Notes: a model not told the origin generated them from the letters alone. A stretch of DNA of 63,780 bases, filler included, from Folioceros fuciformis (GCA_049999805.1; 17 parts of 17 records of this genome joined end to end with filler, not necessarily neighbours in it), one strand, 5' to 3'. Counted from the whole stretch's first letter, positions 23,361-36,821 are shown. Program-made: numbers and translations.

Positions 23361-25807
23361 ATGTCCCTCCCAGGCAACTGTACCGCCTGTGGATGTAGTC
23401 GATGTCCCTCTTCAGGCCACTGTATCACATGTAGATGAGCCATCTCCACCTCTTCTCACACAGACCAGTGATACTCAGTTAGGTGATCCCCAAGACATTT
23501 CGTCAGACTCTGCTAATACGTCAATTGACTTTGAAGTAGAGTTACCTGTAGTCCTTCCTGAACTATCCAGCCCTCGCCGATCAGCATGTGTTTATAGACC
23601 CATATCTGAATGGTCAGAAAAACCTTATGAACCAGGCGACACTCTAGTTTCCCATGACAATTTACCTCATACCAGTTTATCAGCCTTTGCAAACTATGTA
23701 GCTTCTTCAGTTCTTGATCCTCCAGATACCCCAGCCACATACAGGGAAGCATTGTCAGACCCTTACAAGTCAGAGTCGCAGAAAGCAATAGACTCTGAAT
23801 ATAATAGTCTAATCACCAACAAGACATGGGAGTTAGTCCCCGTACCAGCCAGTAGGAAAGCTATTACCTCGAAATGGGTTTTTAAGCTGAAGTTAAATCT
23901 TGATGGGACTGTTGCACGTTTTAAGGCTTGGTGGGTGGCCCGGGGCTATACTTAGGTGTATGGTCTTGACTATAATGAGACCTTCAGCCCAGTTGTCAAG
24001 CCCGTTCCTATGCATATCCTCCTCTATTTGGCAGTCAAGCACCGGCTGTTGGTCCACCAAATGGACGTGAAGTCTGCTTTCCTGAACGGACCCCTTGACG
24101 AAATTATATATATGCAACAACGCGAGGGGTATGTACAGGACCTTGGCAAGGTCTACCGTTTGTTAAAATCCCTTTATGGTTTAAAGCAATCAGCTCGAAT
24201 ATGGAACACCAGGGCAACTGCAAAGCTTAAAAAACTAGGTTTTGTATCACTTACTTCTAACACCAGTGTTTATGTCCTCAAGCGCGGCCACCAACTATGT
24301 ATCATCGCTCTATATGTAGACGATAATTTCCTTTTTGCTAGTGACGAGGATATCCTTTCTGAACTCAAACGAGATTTGTCATAAGAATGGGATATGACAA
24401 ATGTAGGCCCTTTAAAGTTTTCCCTAGGCATACAGTTCAGCTTTACTCCTGACGGGTCCTGCGTCATTATTCATCAAGCCCATTTTGTTAAACAACTGTT
24501 AGCCAACTTTAACCTCACAAATTTGCACCCTGTCACTACTCCCATTGCTACTAGTGATAAGTTGTCCCTCGAGGGCTGTCCCAAAACACCAGCTGATATA
24601 GCAGAGATGGTTGCAGTACCTTACAGGGAAGCAGTGGGTAGTCTGATGTACCTAGTAGGCTGGACGCGACCAGATATTTCTCAGGTTGTGGGTGTTGTAT
24701 CTCGGTTCCTCGCTAATCCTAGTAAGAGACATTGGCAAGCAATTAAGAGGATTCTACGTTACTTAAAGGGTACCTCAGATTATTGTCTTCAATATACAGC
24801 AGCTAGCAGCTCCACACTTACCTCGTATTCAGACCTAGATTGGGCAGGTGATTTAGATTCTCGAAAATCGGTCAAACGTAGCAAACTGCCTATTTCTTTG
24901 TGGTTTTGTGATAAGCTGGCAATCCAAGAAGCTGACAACAGCCAGTCTCTCCTCTATTGAGGCAGAGTATGGGGCTTTATCCCTACTTGCATGTGAAATT
25001 ATTTGGGTTTGACAACTCCTTGAAGGGATTCATTGGTAGCAATCATCAGCAACTCTTTTGCATTGTGACAACCAATCAGCTATAGCACTTACTGCCAATC
25101 CAATACTCCATGCACGTTCTAAGCACATTGAGATTCAGTTTCATTTTATTCGACATGCAATTCAACAAGGAGCTATATGCATGCAGTACGTGCATACATC
25201 GGAGAATGTTGCAGACTTGTTGACAAAAGGACTTCCTAAAGCCTTACATGATCAACACAAAACTGCCCTTGGTTTGAGCAGCATGACCACTTATCTTGTT
25301 GTAGGGTTAAAAAGGGGCATGTGTGAGCTCAGGTGTGAGCAGCAGTGTTTGGGAGGTAGCCTCCTCGGTGACTGCTATCTTGTGTGTGACACATGAGGCA
25401 ATCGACGGGAAGGGGGGGGGTTCTACCTGCGGCTGCACAATAGAGCGTGTGAGTCGTGGATGAAGCTCAAAGATTATTTAATCAGGCCTCACAAACCTCT
25501 GCTCACCATCAGACCAGTCACTGAAACTCGTGTTGTCATGTTGTTTCTTTTGTCTTTCGGGAAGGGAAGCTGACACGCTGCCTGGCGGACAACTAGCTTG
25601 TTTTCTCACGTCGCTTGTGTGCAAGGCTGCGAAGTTTGTTTGCAGTTTTGGCTGCCTTCTCTCCGGTGTAGAAGATCCCGGTTTCTCAAGCAGCACTCAG
25701 CCGTCTCCAGATCTGTGTTTACCCTCCAACCCTTTTGTGTTGCGCATCAGGTTTCCAGGGAGCAGGATTGGTGTGGCTGCTGGGATCGTTGAGAATGGGC
25801 TCTAACA
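23361..25807 (+). mobile_element. Copia 3' half: RT-RNase H pseudogene (~23740-25280), PPT, probable 3' LTR 25320-25807
   Basis: NKTWELVP, KWVFKLK, QMDVKSAFLNG, LYVDD, YSDLDWAGD, CDNQSA, KHIEI, ADLLTKGL; AAAAAGGGGCA followed by TGTGTG...CTAACA. Confidence 0.9.
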
Positions 25808-25914
25808 TCTACGTGACTGAGTATATGAACTTACATCATAGAAGAAGAGGCGTGGACTTTACTAGTTTTTGACAGGTGGCAGTTCTAAGTTGGATTACGT
25901 AGCCAGTTAGGTCT

Positions 25915-26096
25915 GAGGGGGAGTATAGGAGTAGTTGCTCTTAGTTCATACCTAAACTATATGTAATATACTGGTTATATGTGTTAGGTAGTAATAAGCT
26001 AATTATAGAAAATAGTATTTTAGGTTGAAGGCAGTCACACACACTTGCGTGAGTTATGAACTCTTGTTGAGCCATAATGCACTATCCGTTCTAACA
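25915..26096 (+). mobile_element. PPT plus short AT-rich 3' LTR of another element
   Basis: GAGGGGGAG followed by TATAGG...TTCTAACA; single copy, so boundaries are inferred. Confidence 0.4.
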
Positions 26097-26110
26097 AGCA
26101 CGATACTTGG

Positions 26111-26951
26111 TGTGAACCTCCAAAGCTTGGGGTAGTAGTTTGTTTTGGTTGAAAAAGGGTTAATAGTGGTATAGTTTGGTTTTCTTTTTCTACTTCTTTT
26201 CCCTAATTTTTCTTTATTTTTTGGTCATTTTTCCTATTTTTCTTTGTGCTAATTAGGTTAATTGACTAGGAAATAGTTGGTTTGGTTAATAGAGTGGGTA
26301 CAGGTCTGGTCCCAGACCTGGGAAAGTTTAGGTCCGGTACCGGGCCATAGGGTTGGGAAAGTTTGAGTACAGGTCTGGTGATTAGTTTAATATTAATTTA
26401 AGACATAATATTAAATGATTAAATAATAATATAATAATAAAATGATAAAATAATGTCTGAACATAGGAACGGGAATATGTGGGGTATGTCAGTGTCAGGG
26501 GTCAGGCTAGCTGATTGCCTGGTTGGCCTGAATGGTCATGGAGGCTGTGCCCTAGCCAGGGCTAGAGGTAGGGGTTACGGCCGCCCCCATCCCCTTCCCC
26601 TTTCTCCCTTTCTCCCTTCCTCCTTCATTTTCCTCTTGCCCCTCTTCTTCTTCTTCCCCTTCCCTGTCCATCTCTTTGTCCTACTTCTTTTGGATCCACA
26701 TTGCAGGTAGATCGGGTGATGGGACTGAGGGCAAGCACAGAAGGAGCATGAGGCGAGTTGGAGGATTCGGCTGATGTAGGGCCAGGCCTGCCTCCGTCTT
26801 CTCCCTGATTTCTTTCCCGTTCCCCTCCTACCCTGTCCCGATTTCCTCCCCAATCTACAGCCCCGCTACTAGATCTGCCTTGCTCCCGCTGTTGTCTCGC
26901 TGCTGGTGCTGCCATTTCCTCCTCCCTTTCCCCCTCTCCTGCCCATTTCCC
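26111..26951 (+). mobile_element. Gypsy LTR-B 5' part
   Basis: TGTGAACCTCCAAAGCTTGGGG...; colinear with the 6232, 58830 and inverted 23360 copies. Confidence 0.88.
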
Positions 26952-27051
26952 NNNNNNNNNNNNNNNNNNNNNNNNNNNNNNNNNNNNNNNNNNNNTTAAT
27001 TAATTAANNNNNNNNNNNNNNNNNNNNNNNNNNNNNNNNNNNNNNNNNNNN

Positions 27052-27306
27052 ACTAATCACCCAACCCTATGGCCTGGTACCGAACCTAAACCTTCCCAGG
27101 TCTGGGACCAGACCTATACCCACTCTTATAACCAAACCAACTATTTCCTGGTCAATTAACCTAATTAGCACAAAGAAAAATAGGAAAAATGACCATAAAA
27201 TAAAGGAAAATTAGGGAAAATAAGTTGAAAAAGAAAACCAAATTATACCACTATTAACCCTTTTTCAACCAAAACAAACTACTACCCCAAACTTTGGAGG
27301 TTCACA
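27052..27306 (-). mobile_element. Gypsy LTR-B 5' terminus
   Basis: Ends ...CCCCAAACTTTGGAGGTTCACA. Confidence 0.88.
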
Positions 27307-28356
27307 CCAGGCTAAGGGGATCGTGAGTTGGTTGTCCCTCGGTCCGACCAAAAAGCCAGCCTCCTTCCATCTCGCCTAAAAGTCGACGTCCGTGGGCGCA
27401 ACCCATTCTACAACCCCTACAACACTTGTTTGCACTCCTTGGGAACTTGGGTTTGTTGCTGCGCTCGGCTGAGCTGCTGGAAGATCTGAGCTTCGTTGAA
27501 TCCCATCTTGCTGAGATGATGACGAAGGCTGGAAAAAGTTGGGAGGAGGTCGAGAACGGTCGTGCTCCAAATCCTCATAGTAGAATGGGATGTGCACCAC
27601 ATGACGATTCCCTACTCCCCACCATATCCTTGCTGCCCTGCACAAGGTCTTACCACACTGACAACGCCAAGAATTGCTCGGAGAAAGTCGGCATAATTTG
27701 CTACAGGAGTGAGCCCTGCAAGAGCAACTTGCCGGCCGCTCCATTGTGACACAAAACAGGAAGTCAGACATCAAACAACGGTCACGACGGATGTGTGCAA
27801 GGTGTGGAGTATGTGGCCCTTTTGTGGACAAATAGCCATAGGAACGAATTGAGTCAAGCTTTGCAACAATTCCTGTATGCCGTCACGCACATCCATGATA
27901 GCTAGACGGACTGGTCATCCACGAGTTCCTGGGTCCGTAATGCTCTATCGTGTCCAATGGCTAGATTGAGCAGCGCCAGCACAGCTGCACTTTGCTGCAT
28001 CATCTTCTCCTGGGACTCCACCACACCACCTCCGATTCTCTAAGCTCACCCAGCTCATTCCTCGTTTAAGAATCGTGACCAATCTCAAATGTTCCGCCAC
28101 ATGTGTTGGAGACGCCGTCTCCAGCCCTCCTAGCCAGAGTCTGGAGGGTGACATTGAAGTTGGCTTCGATGAGCGTCTCAGCTTCAGGTCTAGCTGTGTT
28201 TCTTCATCTCGGACTCAAGTGCGCTGCCCAATCCGAATGGTACTTGGGGTTTGCTTNNNNNNNNNNNNNNNNNNNNNNNNNNNNNNNNNNNNNNNNNNNN
28301 TTAATTAATTAANNNNNNNNNNNNNNNNNNNNNNNNNNNNNNNNNNNNNNNNNNNN

Positions 28357-30639
28357 CTCTCTCCTCTTCTACAAGTGGAGGAACTTGTTCCTGCACATGA
28401 CGACATTCAACCTGCGCGGGACGGTCAAATCCATGTTCTTGAAAGACCACCCATCGCACCTCCATAGTTGGAGTAGGCTTCTTGTGCACCTTGGTCTCAT
28501 CGAAGAACACGTCATTGCTGCAAACCATCCGCTTGGCCTCTGGATCTCACAAACGGTATCCCATCTCACCAGATTCACCATAGCCAAGAAAAATACATTT
28601 TCTTGACTTAGGAGCCAATTTGTCCCAAAACTCCTTCAGAACATGGTAGTATGCCTCGCAGCCAAACACCCGTAGATGCTTGTATGACGGCTTCTTTCCA
28701 GACCACATCTCCTCTGGAACCTGTTCATCCATAGGCTTATTAGGAGATCTGTTAATAAGATGCACCACAGTAACCACTGCTTCTGCCCAAAATCCGTTAG
28801 GCAATCCAGAGTTTGACAACAAACTACACATCCTCTCCTGGATGGTCTTGTTCATCCGTTCAGCCACATCATTCTGGGGAGGAGTATACGGCGTAGTCAA
28901 TTCCCTCTTGATTTCCTTGGAATCACATAATGATTGGAAAGCCTTCGAGACATACTCTCCCCCATTGTCTGTCCTCAGACACTTCAGCCGGAGGCCAGAC
29001 TGATTCTCCATAAGGGTGACAAATTTCTGAAACACTGTCAGAACATCATCCTTTTCCTCAAAGGATAAACCCACACCTTGCGTGAGAAGTCATCAATGAA
29101 AGTGACAAAATAGGATGCATCGCCTAAAGATACAGTGGGCATAGGTCCACAAACGTCATTGTGAACCAATTTAAGAGGTTTACTTTTGTGTTTACCTCTT
29201 GCTCCATGTGGTGACTTCGTCTGTTTCCCATATAGACAGTGCTCACACACAGAGAAATCGGAGAAGTCAAAAGCAGGAACGTAACCAAAACGAGATAAGA
29301 TCTTCATTCCTTTTTGAGACATATGTCCTAACCGACTATGCCACAAGGAAACACTTGGCTGTTCCGTTACACAAATCGCATGATCCTTGACAGTGGTTAC
29401 TTGAAGTGAGTACAAAGTGCCACACTTCGATCCACGAGCTAACACAAGAGAACCTTTGGAGATCTTCCAAGAATGATCTCCAAACCAACAGTGCTAGCCG
29501 GCGTCATCCAACTGTCCTGCACTAATCATGCTTTTGATCAACTTCGGAACATGCCTAACATCCTTCAGTACGAATGAAGATCCATGGTCAAACTTCAGCT
29601 GCACATCACCAACGCCTGCAAACTCGCATGCGTAGTTATTTCCAAGCCGAACACATCCTTTCCTAGTAGCATCATAAGTGCTAAACCACTCCCTATGCGG
29701 AGTAACATGGAAAGATGCTCCAGAGTCAATTATCCAATTCGAGAATAAGTGACTCTCCACGGCTGTCAGTTGTGCAGAATCGAAGGAAGAAGAGGCAAGA
29801 ACATCTCCATCATCAACAAAGTTCACCTCGTCACGCTTGACACTCGGACTTTCCTTGTTGTTGCTTTGCTTCTTCTCCTTGCCTTTGTCCTTCTTGAACT
29901 TCTCGCAGTCCCTCCTGATGTGACCCTTCTTGTGACAATGGTAACACTCAACATTGTTACGACTACGAGATTTGCTACGGGACGAACTTCGTTCCTTGTA
30001 CTTCCCCTTTAAAGTGGACCTTCCTCTCACCATGAGGGCATTAGAACCTTTCGAAGGTTCCATATTCTTCCTGTTCACCTCCTCTATTAACAGGCTACCT
30101 TCTACATTTACAACGGTAAGACCAGTGGCATGAGTGGAATTACTCAAAGGTGTACAAAAGGTGTCCCAGCTCTCTGGTAATGTGACCAACAGAAACATAG
30201 CTCTCACGGAATCTAGGAACGAGATACCTTGAGATGAGAGCTGGTTGAAAATGGTATTGAACTCATTCAGATGATCGGACATCCTTGTCCCTTCCTTCAT
30301 CTTCAAGTCCACTAGCTGTTTCAACCAATACACCTGAGAAGCCGCACTTTGCTTCTCGTACAGGTCACACAACTTCTGCCATAGCTCGTAGCTTGTGGTC
30401 TTGTCGTTCACGTTGAAGTAGACCGACTTCGACAATGTTAGCATGATGGTAGATCTAGCAAGCTCATCTAGATCCTGCCACTCATCCTAAGTCATGCTAA
30501 CAGGTTTCACTTCTCGCAACTTGATGGGCTTGATCTGCTTCTTCTGTACTAGAACATTATACACTTGTTCTTTCCAGAACGGGAAGTTAGTACCATCTAA
30601 CTTCTCGATATTGAACATAATGTTTTCTGAGGACGCCAT
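28357..30639 (-). pseudogene. Copia family A (Tnt1-like) gag-protease-integrase; GC-rich leader extends to 31099
   Basis: MASSENIMFNIEKLDGTNFPFWK, CYHCHKKGHIRRDC, WIIDSGASFH, LWHSRLGHMS, CLRTDNGGEY, KLAPKSRKCIFLGYG; a few stops and frameshifts; highly similar to 52830-53784. Confidence 0.95.
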
Positions 30640-31199
30640 GTTTCAAAATTGATGCAAATCAACCAAAAGGCTAGATAGAAAACGGTCGAAATTTAATGTA
30701 GATTTTGTTACCCTCACAACTTGTGCCTTGATCGCTCACAACTGGAGTGTCTCAACCTCCGATCGAAATTTGGCAGCCTTGCGGCTGGGAACTTAGTTGG
30801 CCAGCGTCTGCGTTGCCCGCACCCACGTCTTCATCGGTGTCGTTTGTATCGGCCAAAATATCACTTCTTGGCGCCCACGCCGACTGCGGCACCTATGCCG
30901 TCTACGGCGCTTTCGCCAAACTCAGCACCCGCGGTCTAGCCGGTGCCCTGGGCCGCTTCGCAACGCTAGCGGGTTGGCCGCGCCCCGAGCCCGCGGCAAC
31001 CTCGTCCAGCTGTGCTTGCTGGTTGGATCTAGCGCCCGCTAGTCGGGCCGCGCTCGCCGGCCAGGCCTAGCGCCCAATGGCCGAGCCTAGCACCCGCCAN
31101 NNNNNNNNNNNNNNNNNNNNNNNNNNNNNNNNNNNNNNNNNNNTTAATTAATTAANNNNNNNNNNNNNNNNNNNNNNNNNNNNNNNNNNNNNNNNNNNN

Positions 31200-31372
31200 G
31201 AGCCCTCGAATCCATCATCGAGTTGATCAAGTCCGACCCTCCATCCACAGCAGCAAGGAACCCCATCGCTCCTTCGTGGGAACGAAACCCAATGTCTCAA
31301 CGACAGTGGGATAAGTGTGGCCACTAAAGGTGGAACCCGTCGGCAATCAGTGCCCGGGGTTTTGCCTCCACA
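31200..31372 (+). mobile_element. LTR family D terminus ending TTTGCCTCCACA
   Basis: Inverted homolog of 9345-9515. Confidence 0.82.
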
Positions 31373-32233
31373 CCTTTCAACAAAGACTGTGACCTTTTGC
31401 TATCTGCAGGTATCAATTGGATGGAGTGCCCAAACTTCCAAGAGTAGGCCTCAAATTTGCTTGTAAATCAGCAGAATTAAATTGATTAGAAGCAAATTGA
31501 GTGAGTGGAATTGAAAATTCATTTAATCTATTAACCCTGGCAGAAATATCTTGCAGAATTAACAGCAATAAATCCAAACGATCCACCAATGCCTCAATTC
31601 TCTCAGGTACTTGGTCAAGACAAACCAGCCTATTGAAAATGCGTTGGAGAAGATGCCTCTGAAAATCTCCAGCACCACTACAGGCATTAACTGCAGCAGT
31701 TCTGTGATTAAATTGTTGTGCAGGATCTACGCTAGGAGTTGAACGGTTGACCCTTCTAGCACAGAGAAATTGAGGCTCTGTACAGCAAGATAAAGGCAAC
31801 AGACGAGGAGATTGCTGCCCACTTACTGTTCTTTGACCTTGGAAGAGAAAATTGAACCTCCTAGAGCCATGAGAACATTGTTCTCTTCTCCTCCGCGTCA
31901 TCCTAGTCAATTACACTAGCATGATTGCATTTTTAGCACTACAAGTAGCACACTATGTTAGACTATAGAAAAACAAAGACATAATCTACAATCAGCCATA
32001 GGACTGCAAGGTAAAATGCATATGCTCTGATACCATGCTAGAAGAAAAAAAAAAAAGCTAGTGTAAAGCTATATACACAAAGTTGCATAATGATAATTAA
32101 TTCAACTCACACCAAAGAGTACAATTTATACAAAAGTGTTTTTTTTTTCATAACTACAGTTAACTAACCCTAAGGTAGGTTATAATTATAATAATCCCTT
32201 ATTATTTAATAGAGCTTATGACCACAACCTACA
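31373..32233 (-). mobile_element. 5' end of a tRNA-Met-primed element: short LTR (~32036-32233), PBS 32024-32035, then a non-gag ORF (31910-31413)
   Basis: GCTCTGATACCA abuts TG; 165-codon ORF with a heptad-like segment LDQVPERIEALVDRLDLLLLILQDISARVNRL; truncated by LTR-D. The LTR outer boundary is inferred. Confidence 0.6.
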
Positions 32234-32374
32234 ATTCCTTTTGTGGACCACCTTATACAATAGTTTAACTCACTATCGTTAGACTCTGCAACAGCTATGG
32301 CGAGCAGCACTTCGTCCACCTTCACAGGTACAGGCCCTGTCTACACCGATCATATGAAGGAAAAGGATCAATTC

Positions 32375-32910
32375 AATGGCTAGCACTTCTCGGTGTGGCG
32401 CATGAGCATGAAGTCCATCTTGATAGGTCGAGGCGTTTGGAAGATCGTTGATGGCACCCTTTCGAAGCCCGACCCTTTTGCCACTTCGCCCCCGCCAATC
32501 GCTGTCATTGAGAGATGGGAATATTTGAACGGGATCGCAATTGCTCTCCTCATTAACGGACTTCACTCAAGTCTGGTGCCTAGCATGGAGTTCCTCACGG
32601 AGGCCTCTGCAATCTGGGACCAGCTATCGAACACGTACAATATTAACAATGTTCTAACCTTGTATAATGTAAGGTAGGAATTCACCTCCTTAAGGATGAA
32701 GGAGACATATACAATCTCTGCTCATACCTCAATGTTCAGACAGTTGCGAGGGCAGCTTGCCTCCCTTGGCTCCACCATGTCAAAGACTAATGCTGCTGCA
32801 CAACTATTGATGAGCTTACCAGCCTCTTACCAAAATTGTGTTACCAGCCTGATGTTGGTATCTACCCACCGTAAGTCAAGCACGACTCCCACCTTGACCG
32901 TGGAGGACAT
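32375..32910 (+). pseudogene. Copia gag fragment
   Basis: WRMSMKSILIGRGVWKIVDG, ASAIWDQL, FRQLRGQLASLG, QLLMSLPASY. Confidence 0.85.
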
Positions 32911-33255
32911 CGGAAAAGGGAAGGTTAGAGAAATGGATGACAGGTTTCCAGATGAGGAGCTGATTGTTGTTGTACATACAGCAGAAGAGGGAGAGTTCGA
33001 TGAACAGGTTGCCAGTGAGGGAGGAGGAACCTCTACAAGGGTTGAGTGCAGCCAGAAGGTTAGCCATGCTTGGAGGAAGAGAAGCCACCGTGGCGACAGG
33101 TTGGGAAGGCCTTGTGTTAGGCAGTTGCTACTAGCTGAGGTGAGGAGATTTGTGGAGTTTGGATGCCAGCTGGATTGAGCCACAAGGGTAGGGCAATGTT
33201 CTTGCACAAGACAAGCTCATATTGTTTGAAGCAAGGGGTCTTGTACAAACTAGGC
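32911..33255 (+). pseudogene. Gypsy pol fragment (RNase H-integrase linker)
   Basis: DDRFPDEEL and RAMFLHKTSSYCLKQGVLYKLG, typical of the region preceding an Athila/Tat-type integrase zinc finger; compare 16270-16370. Confidence 0.6.
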
Positions 33256-34252
33256 TGTGGAGTGGTTTCTTGCACCCAAGAACCACCGAGGGGCCACACT
33301 TCCCCTTATTATCGCTGCAGTCTTATGGTTCGCTCCCAAGGGAGTGAACTAGTGTTAAGGTTACCTACATCTCCCTAATCTCACCCTATCTATCAGCCGA
33401 TACCTAGTGCTACAGCAATAGGTTAGAATTCCTGGTTCTGTCTTCAGCTCATACCAGAACACCAACCCCAGCCTCAACTAAATGAGAACTCCAGCATTGC
33501 CTTCGACCCTCGTTTCCAGCTCCAGATATCAATCACTTCAGTGCTGAAAGGAGACTCCAGCCCCAAGCCCGGCCTCCAACTCTTAACCCAAGTTCCAGCC
33601 CTCTCGCTGGTTGAGAGGAAGTCTTGGCCCCAACCTCGGCCTCCACTCTTAGCTCCAAGCTCCGGCCACCTCTGCAACTGAAAGGAGACTCCGGCAGCCG
33701 CTGGCCTCCAACTCTCAGCACCTAGTGCTAGCTACCTCAGCAGCTGAATGAGAACCTCGACTTCAGTTAGCTCCTCACTCCAGTTTCAACACCCTATTCC
33801 ACCACTTCAGCACTTCACTTCGGCATTTCAGTCCTTCTCTTCAGCACTTCACTTCACCCTCCAGCACCTCAATTCAGCTCAACTCCTCACTTCAACACTT
33901 CCACTCCCAAAATCTGCAACTCATCCCTTCTCTCCTAGAATTTGGAACACAACAGCCTTCCCTCCTTGCAACCTTCAAGGCAGAGGTGAGACCTAGGGTT
34001 GGATAGCCTCCTTGGCTCACAGCCCTGCAACCTCACCTCAACCAGCATGCAAGGAGGTCAGCCACTGCGGATCCGGCCACACGGATCTCGGTAGTCTAGG
34101 GATCCACCACGTCCCCCTAATGGCCAAGGGGATCCAGCCCTTAGTTAGTCTCAAACCGGCTCAACCCCTCCAATCCGGTAGCTTGCACACAAGGTCAAGG
34201 GGGAATCACACCATAAGACTACCCTCTCCTCAAGGGCAGGTCTGTCCTCTTA
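33256..34252 (-). mobile_element. LTR terminal segment (reverse complement of ...CACTCCACA)
   Basis: Inverted homolog of 3828-4587; interrupted at 34253 by Copia A. Confidence 0.8.
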
Positions 34253-34809
34253 TGTAGGGTTATTAAAGCCCAATGTGCTTATACTAATGTAATTAGTCTA
34301 AGATTAGTGTCTAATTAAGTATCATTAGTTTAGATTAGCTTAAGCTAATCTTTAGGAAGCTTCCTGCATAGCTTCCTGTGAGCTTCTTGTGAAGCTTCCT
34401 TGGGAGCTTTTCTAGAGGGTATAAATACCCTCTTGAGCTCCCTTTGCCATAGAGCAGTGAGAGACACTATGAGACCTCTCTTTCTCCTCTCCTCCTCTCT
34501 TCCTCTCCTCTCCTCTCCTCTTCTCCTTCATCATGTGGCTCCCTTTTCGATCCTTCAACTGGTATAAGAGCACAGGTTGTGGAGCTAGGACTGTGGAGCA
34601 GAGGGTGATGGCAAGTGCTGTGAACGAGGTGCACCGAGCCATGAGGAAGGCTCCGGAGTGAAGGCAGAATCCCGGTGGCCGTTTAAGGCCACCTGCTGCC
34701 CGGAGTGCAGGAGGCTCTAGCCGTGCCTTGCTTAGGCTGTGGCAGCGATAGCGGCATCGCAAGGCGCCGTGGGTGCCAGGCCGCGGGCGCAGGCGATGTG
34801 GGCGCACCG
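34253..34809 (+). mobile_element. Copia family A complete 5' LTR (34253-34557, 305 bp), PBS (34560-34571) and leader
   Basis: TGTAGGG...CCTTCA termini, TATAAATA at 34420, PBS TGGTATAAGAGC (one mismatch to the tRNA-Met consensus). Confidence 0.92.
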
Positions 34810-34909
34810 NNNNNNNNNNNNNNNNNNNNNNNNNNNNNNNNNNNNNNNNNNNNTTAATTAATTAANNNNNNNNNNNNNNNNNNNNNNNNNNNNNNNNNNN
34901 NNNNNNNNN

Positions 34910-36546
34910 CTACAGTCACACCCATCATGAGTCTTTGAGCACCAATCACCTGGCCGCCGAACTGGTCCAACCCCGAATTAGGCGCCTCACTACTGGCCAT
35001 CAACTCCACCTACTATCCTGCCACGATCCTGCCTGCCTAGATTCGATTCGATTGCACCAGCCTGATGTGCGACTACCTCTCCTCTTGGATCTAGTCACCC
35101 CCCGCCTTCATTCACCTGCTAGCTCGGCTGCTTCGGCCATGATTCAGCCAGCCCGCCGCCAGCCTGCTTGGCCTGCTTCAGACTCCGCTGCCCCGACAGG
35201 GCTACTTGCCTGGGTTTGCCTGCCAGCCTATACACCAATTAGCCAGGTCGCCTCCCCGGATCCACCTAGCCAGTCGGCCTGCTGGATCCAGCCCGCAGCC
35301 TGCCTAGGTCTGCTCCACCTCATCCGCAACCGGCTAATGGCGGCGCCTACCTGCAGCCTAGATCCCAGCCAGCTCTATGGTCGCCATCAGCCGCTAATCT
35401 GGTCACGACTGGGCCGCCCCCGCTTGCCTCCTGCCTGCCTCAGTCCCGTCCAGGCAGCCAGCTTGCTGGCCTGCCTGCTACTTGCTTGCAACAGGACCAG
35501 GCTGCCTGCCCGGCGGCTTGCCCGGAGCCAGCTGCCCGTCTGGCTGGCTGGGTCCGCCCCCGCCCTGCTGCTGCTTGGCCGCGGCCTAGCCATCCTACAA
35601 CGTCCCGATCTGCCTCTGTAGTTGGCTAGCGGCCGCCTGGCCTGAACCTCATTTGCCAGCCAGCACTGCAAGCACGACCCGGATCAGCCCGAGACCTGCT
35701 TGGCTTGGATCCAACGTCGCCCTTGGCTTGCCTGCACTACCAGTCCGAGCCTGGCCAGCCACCAGCCCCAGCCGGCTGCCCGGCCTTCGAATCCAACCCT
35801 GTCCAGCCTGCTGGGTCCTCCAGCCACTGGCCCTACCTGATCTATTGGTCGCCACCGGCTCTTAGGTCACTAGGCTGCTGCCCACAATCGGCCTTTGCAA
35901 GCCAGCCGCTGTCTGGCCGATCAGCCAGGCCGCCTACCTGGCACTAGCCGCCAGGGGGCTGCCTAACTGCTTGCTGGCGAGCTGGGTCTGTCTGCCGCCA
36001 TTCCACCAGCCAGCCCAGCTAGCCCGATCAGCCGGCCTCCCAAATCAGCCAGCCGGCCTCCAGGCTGGCTACTCCTCTGTGCTCCAGGCTGCCTGGCTCC
36101 AGCCGTGAGCAACCACAGCCAGCCCTATCCACGCCGCCAGGACTCGGCCCTGATCCACTCTCGTCAGCCCAGCTAGACGTTCAACTAGGCTTCTCGGATC
36201 CGCCATCAGCCCGCCTGCTTATCGACCAGCCAGGCCGTCTGCTCGGTCTCTGCTAATCCTTGGCTATCTGCCTCGCCGCCTCCCCGCTCAGCCGCCTGTA
36301 CATTGGCCTCGATCAGCCGCAGCCAACCCGGCTAGGATCAGCCCGAGGCCTGCCTGGCTTGGGTGTGCATGTGCTGCCAGCCTTCCTGCTAATCTCCGGA
36401 TCTAGTCCTATCTACCAGCAGGCCGGGCGGCGGCCTGGCTTCGGGATCCGCCCCCAAGCACCCTGCCGAATCACCTGCCATACAGGCTATCGGACTGCCC
36501 GCATGCAGCCTGATCGGTTGGCTGGCCGCTGATGGCCGGCTCAGCC
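34910..36546 (-). repeat. Gypsy GC-rich low-complexity domain (left flank of the nested Copia)
   Basis: C-rich strand equivalent of 19900-22366; continues at 43011 across the CAGCC TSD. Confidence 0.8.
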
Positions 36547-36821
36547 TGTTAGAAGTATAGTTTAAAATACTTAGGGCAACTCGTATTATGTTAAGTGGGG
36601 GATAATAACTGTTATTACCGTCCCTGTCATCTAACCTATATAATGCGCAAGGCGCACACTAAAATGTAACTGCTATTCGTATCCCTGCTTTCGTGTGCGC
36701 TGCATCTTTGTGCATAGAGTGATCGTTGTGATCATGTGCAATCCATAACACACATGGTAACAGAGCCATTGTTGTGATTCACATTGGATATGGTGTGGGC
36801 CGAGGTTGAGCACAAGATCTA

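Noticed and set aside
31373-32035. Endogenous caulimovirus/badnavirus (tRNA-Met site followed by a coiled-coil ORF)
   Set aside because: The PBS abuts a CA LTR-like end as in the Copia elements here, and no movement protein, capsid or caulimoviral RT motif is visible.
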